Counted from the first letter of the stretch, positions 13,501-26,586 are shown. The stretch is 64,000 nucleotides of DNA from Macrostomum hystrix (GCA_950097015.1 CATNEN010000038.1:2604001-2668000), one strand, 5' to 3'. Numbers and translations are program-made. The notes: generated by a model from the sequence alone, not told the origin.

Positions 13501-16500
13501 TCCGGAACACGGATGTAGGCATGCTGTATACTCGCATATTGTATAACTTCAACGCAGATTCTAGTCTGAGGGATGAGTCTAATGCAGTCAATAGCGTTAG
13601 TGCTCAAATCGATGCAGAGTTTGACGTGCCTAATTTTTTGTTCGCATTGCGTGCAGGTGCTACTGGACCACCTGCGCAGTCGTCATATTCGCTCAGGCGA
13701 AGACGCTGCCTGCATTGATGCCGTGCCGATCGGGCCGATGCACTTCAGGCGCCTGTTGCTCGCGTTTCACTATCTGTACTCCAGCAAGACTGGTGAGCGG
13801 CGCAACCGGCTGACACTGCTCAGGCGAGCTCTGGCCACCCTGGCGCAGAGCAGGCACGATGAGAGGACCATTCGAGCAGCGCGGGCTGCCAAGCTGCGCA
13901 ACTATCAGGAAGTTCGCGCCGAGGCCGACCGGATGCTGGCCGAGCTGACAAAGAAGGTCACCGTTCTGGAGAAAATTCGCTCCCGCACTGATCACAATTC
14001 GTCATTGACCCACTTTCTGAAAATGAACGACCTGCCACCGGAAGTGAGTGCCAATGCTGACTTCGTTTTCTTCGTATAATATCTCGGTCCACAACTCAGT
14101 CTGTTCAGCCCTGACTCAATATTTGTTACTTAAATATATACGAGCTATTTGTCTAGTAACTTTGCGTCCTGTAACTAAATCATTGGTCCTGAACTCAATC
14201 TTTGGTTTAGTGCGAGTTTTATTACCTGGAGTCCGTAGTCGTATATCCTCGCCAAGTTGCGGATAAATTCTCTAGAATCACTCTCGCTCTATTCGTCAGG
14301 AAACCGAGCAGGATGAACTGCTCAACAACGAAGACTACGACGACTACGATCGCCAATTTGAGCAGATCCGCCAGGAGACAATGAAGAATCGCAAGACTCA
14401 GGCCCGAGACGAACTGGCGGCGGCCAAGGAGACCTATCGGGCCTGCAAGGCCAGCCTTGAGAGCGCTCGCAAAGAAGTGGCCAGCTGGAGCAACAAGGTC
14501 GACCGGAACTGCATCGAACGAATCCGGGCCTTCCAGAATCCACCGGCCCTGGTCGGCCAGGTCATGGAGATGGTCTGTGTGCTCATTGGTAAGAAGCCGC
14601 CAACTCTTACTGCCGGTGGCACCGGCGCCGCTGGCGGCGACAAGCGAAAGGATGCCGACGGGTTGCTAGGCGACAGAACTTCGCTTGGCTCGGCGCAGCC
14701 AAAGCCAACCGGAAGGGGTCAAAAGGAGGAAAAGGTGCGCCGAGAATAGACTATAGAATACAGAGAAAGCTAAGTATCTTATTCCGAACGTCGAGGCTAA
14801 ATGATAAACCATTTATTTTCCTTTCAGGTGGACAGAGCAGCCTGGAAGCAGATGCAGCAGAGCATGAACGACTCTGTTAAATTTGTAGAGATGCTGCAAA
14901 ATGTCAGCTGGCTGGATGGCCTTGATAAAGATGTGCTCAGAAGTGAGTACCTGGCAGTACGATAATTTTTGTGTGCATCTGCACCAAGCGAGCGCGCAGC
15001 TTTTTGTATTTATTTTTATTCTTTTTCTCTGCCCCGTAGCTGTGGAAAGCTACCTGGCAAAGAGCAAGGACGGCCAGCTCGGCGTGACGGGTGAGGGCTC
15101 GCTGCTGGAGGGTGCCGACAATATCGAGAAGATTCGTGGTCGGCGAGATCAGTCTCCTGGCGACGGCGGGCCACGCGGCATCACCATTTCGCAGGCCAAG
15201 TACAGTAGCGAGGACGCAGCCACGCTGGTGCACTACACCATCGCTCTTGTTGAGTACAGCCGCCTCTGCGGTCCGCTCAAGGATGCCAAAGACAAAATCG
15301 GAACTCTGGAGCGCGAGATTGTGGAGAGTGAGCGCTCGGAGCGAGACGACAACGAAAAGGTGAGCTTGGATGACCTTCCAAAATTGATAGTCTGGTTTAG
15401 CATAGAGGACTAGCAAAATCGGTCCCCCTAACATGAAACTATGATTGTGTTTGTTTTAGCTACTTCTTCTTGTAGTCAAAATTCTAAATTTTCCATAAAT
15501 CTTTTTCAAAACATTTTTGCAGAAAAAGGACGAAATGGTAATTGCTGATGATGGTAAACCTGCTTGTTTAATAAACTAAATTTGACAGGCTTGCTTTTCG
15601 CAATCGTTGAGTTTCGAGCATCCACGCTTGCACTTTATTTGCACCGATTTTTTATTTTGCTTAAAAATATATTTTAGGATTTCTCATGGGTCCAAATAAG
15701 TTTGTTGTTTGACCTGACTAGTCTGAAAAATCTTGTCACTTGTGAGGGTCAAATGAGCACGACGCACTTTTACACATGTGATTGCCATTAAAATTTTCTG
15801 TTGAGATTAGATTTTTTCTTTTTTTCAACGCTTTTTATGAACTTTATGACCATGTAGGCCAATGGCCAAAAATAAATTCTTAAAAATCTTTAAGCAAATT
15901 AAAAATCCCACAATGAATAATAAGCTCGTACTTACACAGGCCAACGCCGCAGCCGCAGACGCAGCCTCCGCCGCCGATGCCGAAGCGGCCGCAGCCGACG
16001 CCGCCGCAGCCACTGAGGACGCCGACACCGTCGAGAAAGACCTGAAGCGCTTGCAGAAGGAGTACAATGACGTCATCCTTAACAAGCACCGCCTGCAGGG
16101 CGAGATCGACTCCATGGACGAGCGGCTGCGTCGCTGCCTCGCCGTTTTGCGCCAGCTGCAGCCGATGGAGGCCGAGTGGTCCGCCTTTGTGACGGAGTTC
16201 TCCAGCGACGCCGTGCTGCAGGCTAACTGCGCCGTGGCGGCTGCCTTCGTAACCTACTGCGGCGGCCTGTCAGCCGATGCTCGTCGCCGATTGGCTGGAA
16301 AGTTTCGCCAATTGTGTGAAGCTGCCGGCGTTCCGGCCGGCCGGACCAAGTCCCTGTTTGATCCGCTGGCTGGCAAACAGTCAGTAGAGCTGGCTGATTT
16401 TCTATTCAAATCGGTGCGCAGCTTTTTTCGGATTTTTCAAAGTAACGACACAACCGTTGTACGAGCGGTTTGATGAAGTATTAAAAAATGAATTCTCAAT

Positions 16501-19500
16501 TCAGGTGGACACGGACGAGCTCGAGTTGCTGCGCCTGCCAACCACGCGGCTGCAGCGCGAGAACGCCTGCTTCGTTATGCTGGAACGGCACTGCCAGGCC
16601 TGGCCGCTGATCTGCGACCCGACCAGAGCGGCTGTCACCTGGCTGAGAAAGTACCAGCAGTCAGCCGTGAGTAGCTGCAGCATTTTTTCACTGCTTTCTC
16701 AAAAAAATCTCACTTACTTATTTACCGCTAGATATTTGTCTAGCAGCAAAATTTGTTTAATACTTATTGCTTCCTGAGAGTGCTAAAGTTCTTAGGTTTT
16801 ATTTTGATGAAAAAGCATTAAATTGTATATCGGCACCTATAGTTACTCCCAATTTGCCCTAAAACTCATTCCACCCTAAAGGCTACATAAAATATTCACC
16901 CACCTTACAAACCACCAGGTGGAAGTGAAGTACCATAGCCTCCGTACCCAACTGGAGGCGGCACTGGCTGACGGCAGCGTTCTGGTTGTCACCGACTGCG
17001 ACCTCGATCAGCTGGCGGACGATCGTCGATTTCGACCAGTCCTGATGCTGCAGCGGAAATTCCTAACTGAGACGGCGCCATTCAAGATGCTGCTGCTCGA
17101 TCACGAGGTGGAGTGCTCGCCCAACTTTCGGCTCTATCTGCACACCAGCGCGTTGCCCTCTGGGGTGAGTTCAGTACTTTGTTATTTTTGTAGCATGTTT
17201 TACTAAGTTTTGAATGAATAAAGTAATTCATAAATTCCTCTAGCTTTTCTATATTTAGAAACACGCTTTCTCTGCTAGCCGCTTTGTACGCATCTATAGT
17301 TGTTCTATTTTTAGAAACACGCTTTCTCTGCTAGCCGATTTGTACGCATCTATAGTTGTTCTATTTTTAGAAACACGCTTTCTCTGCTAGCCGCGCTTCC
17401 CTGCCTTGTTGTTCTTGTTTAAAAAAAAGAACACTTGAATCAGAACAAAAAACTGTCTCAACGCTTCAATTTCAGGTTCCGCAGCACCTGGCCGCATATA
17501 CGAATCTGTTAAGCTTCCACCGTAGCCGCCAGTGCACGGAGGAGCTGCTCCTGGACCGATTTCTTGAACTGGAGAAGCCGCGTGTTGAGCGCGAATGGCG
17601 CGCCGTTTTAGCGGATCGATTGCGCAACAGGAAAAGCCTGGAAGCCATCAAGGAGGCGGTGGCTGAGCACCTGGCCACCGAGGGCGCGCGCCTAATGAAC
17701 GACCTGCCACTGGCCGGCCGTCTGCATGACCTGGCCAAGCAGATGGAAGAGACTGAGTCCGCACTGGAGCGACTGGCCGAGTCAGAAGCCCTGATGAGGA
17801 AGAGCCGCGAGAGTCACCGGGACATTGCACGTCGGGGCGCAGTCTGCTTCGAAGTCACGGGCCTGATGCGCTGCCTCAGTCCGATGTACAGCTTCTCCTT
17901 CCAGGAGCTGATCAAAATCTACGATTTGTCCATTCAACACTCGGACAGGTATGAACAATGGCTACTGGATTTTTTGCTTTTATCTGTTTCGAAAAGTTAT
18001 TTGTTGTTTGAGCAAACAGCTGATTGAGCTGATTGGCTGGTAGTGCTGATTGGCTGGATAAGCTGATTGGTTGGTTGAGCTTGATTGGCTTGTTACGCTG
18101 ATTGGTTGGTTGAGCTTGATTGGCTGGTTACGCTGATTGGTTGGTTGAGCTTGATTGGCTGGTTACGCTGATTGGTTGGTTGAGCTTGATTGGCTGGTTA
18201 CGCTGATTGGTTGGTTACGCTTGATTGGCTGGTTACGCTGATTGGTTGGTTACGCTGATTGGTTGGTTAAGCTGATTGGTCGGCTGAGCCAATCGACTGG
18301 TTAAGAAGTTACTACGAAAATACATAAAGTGCATGAAATTTCAAGAATCCAGAATTCCAGAAAAGCCTGCATTTTCTGATCCTCATTACTGGCTCGTAGT
18401 TTAGTTTTAATGCGTTAAGTCTTCCCTTTTGGTATTTAATACGTGATGAATGCAGTACTTACTATTTTTGCAATGAATAACAAATCTCGAACTTCAGACC
18501 CCTACTAGTTAAAGAGTACAAAACAACTGAGCCAACGCCTATAGCGTTCCGATTTGCTGGAAGGTAAAGCTGTGCTGTTTGCGGGCAAGAAAAATTTGAC
18601 TCATTCTTTGTTAATACGAGTATGAGCTTTGCATCCTTGTATTTATGGATCTTTGTTCTACTTTATTTTCTTCTTTTCTCGCTTTTATAAACTTTGCTTC
18701 GTTCGTTCTAAACAAGATTTGCTCGTATCGTCGCAAACTTATTTAGGGCACTCTATTTTTAGAAACATAGAATCTGGCATGTACTTTAATAACGTACAAA
18801 TCAACACAAGCTGCTCTATTTTTAGAGGCATTCTTTTCTGAATTAAACGACAAATTTCGAGATAGACTACAACGAACTATCAAATTTGCATTGATTGTTG
18901 TTGATCAACACGCCGTAGTGAATAAATTTCTGGATACGCATCAGTAATAAATTGTTGCATAACTTAGACTCTGCTATGAAATTTATTCCTTCGGCTGATT
19001 TATTTTAGCCAGCTTTCCTATTCAGCTAGTTATAGATACAATAATGTGATGCTATTTTTTCTTTTTAACAATTCAGAATTGCCGTCCAGACAATCTTGGA
19101 GCGGCTCACCTGGTCAGCCTACTTGTACACCTGCCGAGCCCTACTGGAAGCGGACAGGTGCGTGTACAGGACCGCCCTGGCCATGGAGATCAGCGACAGC
19201 CTGGGCCACGTGCAGACTGGCGAGCGCGAGTTCGTCATCTCGCCCAGCTTCGGCGCAGAGGTCGTCCGCGCCGCCGACGCTGCCCGCTCGCCGGAGGAAG
19301 TCGCCTCAGCCGCTGCGACAGCCGCCACCGTTGCCGCCGCGGCCGGCGCCTCCTCGGGGGCGAACGCGCCCGGCGGCGGCAACCTGGCGTCGAAGCGGCG
19401 AGCTGGCGCCGGCGCTGGTGGCGACACCGGTGGCGGTTCGGGCGGCGGCGCCGGTGAGGTAAAGAAGCCGGACTGGATGACGGACGAGGCGTTCGGCAAT

Positions 19501-22500
19501 TTGAGCCTCCTGGCGCAGTCCTTCCCGTGGTTCGCCGAACTGTTCGGCCGGTTGAACTCCAGCGAGTCGCAGTGGCGCGGCCTCGTTGAGAACTCGGACC
19601 CGGAGTCCGCACCGCTGCCGGACAAAGCCGAGGAGCACCTGAAGCCGCTGCAGCGACTCTGCATCATTCGCTCGGTGAGGCCGGAGCGCTTGCTCCAGGC
19701 TACGTCGGCCTTCGTGTCGAAAGTTCTGGGCGCCCGATATGCCGGTGATCCCGGAATCGAACCCATGGCTGTCGGATCGGATCCGGCCACGCCGGTACTG
19801 CTCCTGCACGATCGGGACGCGTCGGCCGCCGACCGGCTCGTGAGGCGGACCGCTGCGAAGGTCACCGGACGACCGGCTGTGGTTTTCCAGGTGCTTGCTT
19901 GAATTAAATGCTTTTCTGAATCATTCCTGAACTTCCCTGATCACGAAACCTTACTACCCTCTCTAACCCCGACCAATCAGGTCGCTGACGATTCATCCCA
20001 AACTGAGCGCGGCGCCAAGCGGGCGATTCAGCGCGCCGACGCGGACGGCGCCTGGGTGCTGCTTCATTTTAGCGGGCCGACCACGCTGGACGTCATGCAG
20101 CGCTGCGCCGACCTTGTTGCCGGCCTGCAGCGCCAGTCGCAGCAGCTGCTGTCGCAGCAACAGCAGCAGCAGCCGCAGGCCTCCTCTTTCCGCCTGCTGA
20201 TGACCTGTCGAGCGGACTGCTGCCTCGGAAATCACCGACCTCCGGTGCTGCAGTCGGCGGTGAAAATCTACGTCGACATGCCGACCATCTTCAAGGACTG
20301 CGTGCAGCGCTGCTGGTCCGCCATCGAGCAGCAGGTGCGGACGCAACGCCCTGCGATGCAAAATATAATACACGCTTCCCTTCTCGAGTCTTGGGTCCAA
20401 TTTACTCCAAATGAGGGCCAACGGCCAGGCTAAGGAGTCAGCGGAATGGGGAGAATTGCCTCTCGCTGGCTGCGGGTAGAATATCTATTATTATTATATA
20501 TTTATCTTTGTTTGCTAAAATTTCCTTCCTAGGACTACCAGCAATTTCCACAGCAGCAGCAGCAGCCGGCATCGTCCACAATGCCCGCCATGCGCGCCTC
20601 GGCTGGTGGCGCCGGCGGCGGCCGTTCCGATTGGCCGGCTGCGCTGCACAACCTGACAATGCTGCACGCCGCCCTGCAGCTGCGGGCCCGTCTTGGCGGC
20701 GGCTTCAATCGGCCGGGCGATGCAGGCCATATCGGCCTCGAAGATTTCCTGGCCGCCTCGCGCGCTCTGGCTCGAGAATTCCGCGACGAAGCCACTGGCA
20801 AGATGGTGGCTGGCCGGGCCGTCAACTATGTCAGCGTGCGCAGCGTGCTCCAGGAGACAGTCTACGGCGGCGCCATGCTTGATTGGCAGGACGCCCTGAC
20901 TGTGGGCGCGGCGGCCGACTATTGGCTTAGCGCCAACTCAGTTAGGAAGGATTTCGAAGTGGCCAAGCGTAAGCAGGACTCTCCTCTTTTACTGATTAAA
21001 AAATGAGAAATCCCAGTTTAACTTTCTCACCTGCCTTCCAGTGAAGTACCGCATACCAGCCGTGTTCTTCGGCTCCCAGAGCTCCAAGCTTCCGGTGCTG
21101 ATTCAGGCTCTGGAGCAGGCTATTCCTGCATTCAGCTTCGACAGCGCCGAAGGATGCCACCTGCAGCCGTCTGAAGAGGTACAAAGTTCGATACTTTTTT
21201 TATAAGTCATTCCACTTATTACTCCTTTTCTAGATTTTGGTGATATTTTTAATTTACCTTTTGAATTTGAACTTTTGTGCAAATCATTTTAAAATAGAAG
21301 TAAATAAAATTATTAAAACGAGTTTCCAGGATCTGGGATCAGGATCTGGGATCGGGATCTGGGATCGGGATCTGGGATCAGGATCTGGGATCGGGATCTG
21401 GGATCGGGATCTGGGATCGGGATCTGGGATCGGGATCTGGGATCGGGATCTGGGATCGGGATCTGGGATCGGGATCTGGGATCGGGATCTGGGATCGGGA
21501 TCTGGGATCGGGATCTGGGATCGGGATCTGGGATCGGGATCTGGGATCGGGATATGGGATCGGGATCTGGGATCTGGATCTGGGATCGGGATCTGGGATC
21601 TGGGATCGGGATCTGGGATCGGGATCTGGGATCGGGATCTGGGATCGGGATCTGGGATCGGGATCTGGGATCGGGATCTGGGATCGGGATCTGGGATCGG
21701 GATCTGGGATCAGGATCTGGGATCGGGATCTGGGATCGGGATCTGGGATCGGGATCTGGGATCGGGATCTGGGATCGGGATCTGGGATCGGGATCTGGGA
21801 TCGGGATCTGGGATCGGGATCTGGGATCGGGATCTGGGATCGGGATCTGGGATCGGGATCTGGGATCGGGATCTGGGATCGGGATCTGGGATCGGGATAT
21901 GGGATCGGGATCTGGGATCGGGATCTGGGATCGGGATCTGGGATCAGGATCTGGGATCGGGATCTGGGATCTGGGATCTGGATCTGGGATCGGGATCTGG
22001 GATCGGGATCTGGAATCGGGATCTGGGATCTGGGATCGGGATCTGGGATCGGGATCTGGGATCGGGATCTGGGATCGGGATCTGGGATCGGGATCTGGGA
22101 TCGGGATCTGGGATCGGGATCTGGGATCAGGATCTGGGATCGGGATCTGGGATCGGGATCTGGGATCGGGATCTGGGATCGGGATCTGGGATCGGGATCT
22201 GGGATCGGGATCTGGGATCGGGATCTGGGATCGGGATCTGGGATCGGGATCTGGGATCGGGATCTGGGATCGGGATCTGGGATCGGGATCTGGGATCGGG
22301 ATCTGGGATCGGGATCTGGGATCGGGATCTGGGATCGGGATCTGGGATCGGGATCTGGGATCGGGATCTGGGATCAGGATCTGGGATCGGGATCTGGGAT
22401 CTGGGATCTGGATCTGGGATCGGGATCTGGGATCGGGATCTGGAATCGGGATCTGGGATCTGGGATCGGGATCTGGGATCGGGATCTGGGATCGGGATCT

Positions 22501-25500
22501 GGGATCGGGATCTGGGATCGGGATCTGGGATCGGGATCTGGGATCGGGATCTGGGATCAGGATCTGGGATCGGGATCTGGGATCGGGATCTGGGATCGGG
22601 ATCTGGGATCGGGATCTGGGATCGGGATCTGGGATCGGGATCTGGGATCTGGATCTGGGATCGGGATCTGGGATCGGGATCTGGAATCGGGATCTGGGAT
22701 CTGGGATCGGGATCTGGGATCGGGATCTGGGATCGGGATCTGGGATCGGGATCTGGGATCGGGATCTGGGATCGGGATCTGGGATCGGGATCTGGGATCG
22801 GGATCTGGGATCGGGATCTGGGATCGGGATCTGGGATCGGGATCTGGGATCGGGATCTGGGATCGGGATCTGGGATCGGGATCTGGGATCGGGATCTGGG
22901 ATCGGGATCTGGGATCGGGATCTGGGATCGGGATCTGGGATCGGGATCTGGGATCGGGATCTGGGATCGGGATCTGGGATCGGGATCTGGGATCGGGATC
23001 TGGGATCGGGATCTGGGATCGGGATCTGGGATCGGGATCTGGGATCGGGATCTGGGATCGGGATCTGGGATCGGGATCTGGGATCGGGATCTGGGATCGG
23101 GATCTGGGATCGGGATCTGGGATCGGGATCTGGGATCGGGATCTGGGATCGGGATCTGGGATCGGGATCTGGGATCGGGACATGCGCGCGTCCCGTAGTT
23201 TTTTTAGCTGTTCCGATAATCCCTTCACCTGTTTTCAGTTGCTTATCAGCGGCTGTGGAAAACGCATTTTGGATGAGCGGAAATACGTCACTGTTGTACG
23301 CAAACTTGCTCACCACAATCACAAATTTTTATTCGTAAAGTGCAATTTTAGGGCCGCTTTAGTGTTGAAGTATAAATCTGAAAGAATAAAGTTGAGTATA
23401 GACTCACCTCGATCATGTTGTTCGTACTGGTGTTTCTTATGATTTTTGTAATTTTTATTTGACATTAAAATAAGCTATGATGAAGCTTTGAAATTGTTAG
23501 TTCGATTGAAAAAAGTAGATTATTTGATTTTGAACTCTCATTCTTGCTGTAATTAATCTATACTAAAAGCTTTAGTTATATTTTCGCCCCTTATTACCTT
23601 AGCTTCACTGTCACTAGCGGCTTGCGTCACTTAAAGAACTACTAAAATAATTTGTCAGAATTGGTTTTTTAAACACAGTTTTCGGATTACAGGATTGAAA
23701 TTTAAAATCCTCAGGAAACTATTACGATTTTTTCTGAAACTTTTAAGAAGCGATGAAAATCCTTTTCGTTCTACTAATTCAGTAGTCTGACAAGTGCGTG
23801 AACACTTTTATAATTACGAAACCATTTTTTATCGTTGAATTCTCAGACCTCACTGGGCCTCGACCACTACGTGTTTACCCGGCTAAACCTGGTGCTGGAC
23901 AGACTGCCTGCATCACCCAGCCTTAGCCACGACCTCTACAGCAGACCGCCAACTCCCACGGATGGTGAGCTAGGGATCTGTGAATGGTGAACAGTGGGAT
24001 CTGTGAATGTTGAAGACTGAGATCTGTGAATGGTGAACAGTAGGATCTGTGAATGTTGGAGACTGGGATCTGTGAATAATGAAGACTGGGATATGTGAAC
24101 GGGGAACAGTGGGATCTGTGAATGGTGAAGACTGGGATATGTGAATGTTGGAGACTGGGATCTGTTAATGGTGAAGACTGGGATATGTGAATGGGGAAAA
24201 GTGGGATCTGTGAATGTTGTGAAGACTGGGATCTGTGAATTTTGTGAAGACTGGGATCTGTGAATGTTGTGAAGACTGGGATCTGTGAATGTTGTGAAGA
24301 CTGGGATCTGTGAATGTTGTGAAGACTGGGATCTGTGAATGTTGTGAAGACTGGGATCTGTGAATGTTGTGAAGACTGGGATCTGTGAATGTTGAACAGT
24401 GGGATCTATGAATGGTGAACAGTGGGATCTGTGAATGGTGAACAGTGGGATCTGTGAATGTTGGAGACTGGGATCTGTGAGTGTTGGAGACTAGGATCTG
24501 TGAATGTTGAACAGTGGGATCTGTGAATGTTGAACAGTGGGATCTGTGAATGTTGCAGACTGGGATCTGTGAATGTTGAACAGTGGGATCTGTGAATGTT
24601 GAACAGTGGGATCGGTGAATGTTGAAGACTGGGATCTATGAACGGTGAACAGTAGGATCTTTGAATGGTGAATCAGTCTTGACGCACAGCCGCTTGTCCC
24701 ACAGGTCCGTCTCAGTGCCAGGTGGGCCCGAATTCGTTGAAGCCGACGGTGGCAGCCAGGGGAGCCGTGGCCTCCGGCTCACGCGGCCGAAAGCTGGCCG
24801 ACCTGATGGAGGTCTGCAACACCGCGCTGGCGAAGCTGGGCCAGCCCAGGACCGCACCTGTAGCTGAGACTCTCAGCAAGGCCCAGCAGCAGCAGCAGCC
24901 GCATCCACAGCAGCCCGCCTTCGCAGCCTGGATGATGCGAGAGTTCCAGGTGCGAATTGAAATGCGTGAAAATTTGACATTTGGATTTATGGATTGGGAA
25001 TCTTGATTTATGGATTGGGAATGTTGATTTATGGATTGGGAATGTTGATTTATGGATTGGGAATGTTGATTTATGGATTGGGAATCTTGATTTATGGATT
25101 GGGAATCTTGATTTATGGATTGGGAATGTTGATTTATGGATTGGGAATCTTGATTTATGGATTGGGAATGTTGATTTATGGATTGGGAATGTTGATTTAT
25201 GGATTGGGAATCTTGATTTATGGATTAGGAATCTTGATTTATCGATTGGGAATCTTGATTTATGGATTGGGAATTGGGATGTAGGGATCGGGAATGGGGA
25301 CATATGAATTGGGATTTTGGATTTTTTGGGATTGGGATTCGGGAAGTATGGATTGGGATTTGAGATTTAGAATCTGGGCATCGGGATGTGTAAATGAAGA
25401 ATGCGGGAATCGATATTAAAAATATGTAAACCTGCAATAAAAATTTTTGAATTGCGAACTGAAATTCGTAAGCAGTGAATGTCATGAAGTTGGCAACTTT

Positions 25501-26586
25501 GCGAATCAAAATAAATAAAAAAAATGTTTTTCCAAATCCGTCGCAACCCGCCCCCGCATCGCAGCTGACCCAAGTGCTCGTGTCAGCCGTGCGCGACAGC
25601 CTGCAGAACATCAAGAACGCCCTGCTGGACTCCAGCAGCCTCGGCGATTGTCTCAGCCCTGAAGACACCGAGGCCGCCGATGACCTTCATCGCTTTCGCC
25701 TGCCAGCCCGCTGGAGCCGGCTCTGGGGCCGCGGAGCTCCGCCGCCTCATCATCCGCTGGCCAGCTTCCTGACCGACCTGACCGCGCGCCAGAGCCAGAT
25801 CGATCGCGCCCTCGCCCTAGGCCGGGCTCGGATGCCGCTGTACAACCTCGGCCTGCTGGCTCAGCCCAACACGCTGCTGTCTCTGCTCCTGCAGGAAGCC
25901 GCCGGCAGGTCGCCGGAGCCGAGCCTGCTGCTGGTCGCCGAGCTCAGCTCGCGAGACCGCGATCACATCCGGGACCCGCCAACTGAAGGCATCTTTGTCC
26001 ACGGCCTGTGCCTGTGGAATGGCTGCCTGGAGAAGGGCAGCTGGGAGCTGCTCGACTCGCCGCCGAAGGCAGCCGGTGGCTACACGCCAATGCCGGTGAG
26101 TTGCTGGTGGTTTGTGGACTTTAAAGAATATTATGGAAATTGTTCAGGATTGCTCTAACGCAGAGGTTGGCAAACTTTTTCGCTTGCGGGACCAAAGAGA
26201 AAAGCTAAAGGTGAGACACAGTAGAGGTGAGACCCCTGCTCTAACGAGTTCCAGAAGGACATCCCTAAATTTCCAGAAGACATTATCGAGAACAATATCA
26301 ACAATATCGCCATCCCAACCACCACTCGCAGGTCATTCAACTGACCTGCGTCACCCAGGAGGCGCGCGCTCTCGCCGCCGACCCGGCCAAGCAGGGTGAA
26401 GTCTACGCCTGCCCAGTGTACTTCTCCCGGCACCAGCCGACATCGGCCACGTCTGCAACAATCGCCAACGACTTGCCGCAGTCGCCGCCGCAAACGCCAA
26501 TGTTTGAAGTGGAGTTGCGACGCGACGGTGTCTCATCCATGAAGTGGGCTCTGAGGGGCGTACAGGCCACACTCAGGCCCTACTAA
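1514..26586 (+). CDS. Divergent dynein heavy chain (5'-partial): linker, AAA1-AAA4, stalk/MTBD, AAA5, AAA6, C-terminal domain
   Basis: Frame-consistent GT-AG exons: 1514-1623, 1715-2591, 2769-2861, 3723-3824, 4241-4709, 4803-4963, 5357-5629, 6201-6421, 6513-6685, 7081-7173, 7270-7889, 8502-8714, 8804-8868, 8979-9188, 10627-10986, 11411-11747, 11844-12341, 12473-13318, 13657-14043, 14300-14734, 14828-14942, 15040-15359, (15523-15537?), 15940-16413, 16505-16666, 16919-17164, 17476-17948, 19077-19890, 19981-20334, 20533-20968, 21042-21178, 23847-23964, 24705-24949, 25565-26095, 26332-26586 (TAA). Dynein motifs: RSRHW, FPRLSFVSN, TPMTDRCF, GPSGCGKTE, WSLIDE, GPPGCGKST, GEWSDGVF, ASPAALGRSG, GPRGGGKT, FQNPPALVGQVMEMVCVLIG, GIFVHGLCL, YACPVY, KWALRGV. 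Subclass not assignable by eye. Confidence 0.93.
2868..3295. repeat. Intronic 26/33-bp minisatellite (GCTGTCACCTTGCCCAGTCCTCC...)
   Basis: Mixed 26- and 33-bp tandem units starting 6 nt after the donor at 2862. Confidence 0.9.
3875..4192. repeat. Intronic 42-bp minisatellite
   Basis: TGCACCCACCTCACACCCTGCCAATCAGCTACTTCCAAGTCC x~7.5. Confidence 0.9.
5682..5780 (+). mobile_element. Truncated tRNA-derived CORE-like SINE (family B)
   Basis: GGTTAGAGC...GGGAGTTTGAATCTC head, then TTGTGCCCTTGAGTAAGACA, similar to the 26745 copy. Confidence 0.5.
5810..5940 (-). mobile_element. tRNA-derived SINE (family A), partial
   Basis: Reverse complement matches the 62201-62340 copy (GTAAATTGCA..CCCCCAAGC..GGAATCGAACT..TCTGCCACT). 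Confidence 0.7.
5947..6071. repeat. 19-bp tandem repeat (CTGAACAGCTGACCACGGA)n
   Basis: ~6.5 near-perfect units. Confidence 0.9.
6880..7050. repeat. 53-bp tandem repeat x3
   Basis: GAATGTACAGTGCTCTG at 6884, 6938, 6991. Confidence 0.85.
7900..8405. repeat. ~20-bp degenerate minisatellite (GCAGTTTGTGCAGTATTCTATG-like)
   Basis: Tandem degenerate units filling intron 7890-8501. Confidence 0.85.
9243..9975. repeat. 21-bp minisatellite (CCCCTTGACATCCTTCGATAT)n
   Basis: ~35 units; gives the repetitive spurious ORFs 9096-9987. Confidence 0.92.
11254..11320 (+). ncRNA. Type I hammerhead ribozyme-like motif, degenerate core, in a dynein intron
   Basis: CTGACGA (11272-78), stem II GGGC-AAACAA-GCCC, AGAA (consensus GAAA), CCGGTC; stem I GACAGA/TCAGTC plus GTGCGGC/GCCGCGC. 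Confidence 0.65.
17228..17392. repeat. 56-bp tandem repeat x~3
   Basis: TTAGAAACACGC at 17255, 17311, 17367. Confidence 0.85.
18018..18303. repeat. 16/17-bp minisatellite (GCTGATTGGTTGGTT..)
   Basis: Tandem ATTGG-containing units. Confidence 0.85.
21329..23180. repeat. 13-bp G-rich satellite (GGGATCTGGGATC)n, ~1.85 kb, intronic
   Basis: ~140 units; variant cassette containing TGGAATCGGG recurs at 22011, 22441, 22682. Confidence 0.97.
23970..24675. repeat. 23/25-bp minisatellite (CTGGGATCTGTGAATGTTGAAGA)n
   Basis: Fills intron 23965-24704. Confidence 0.9.
24982..25390. repeat. 21-bp minisatellite (TGATTTATGGATTGGGAATGT)n with degenerate tail
   Basis: ~14 clean units then decay. Confidence 0.9.

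Noticed and set aside
19119-19865. Long antisense ORFs over GC-rich dynein exons
   Set aside because: Expected shadow ORFs from GC-rich codon usage.
21237-23338. 600+ aa ORFs on both strands (GSGSGIGIWDRDL / PDPDPRSRSQIPI repeats)
   Set aside because: Translation of a stop-free 13-bp satellite inside a dynein intron.
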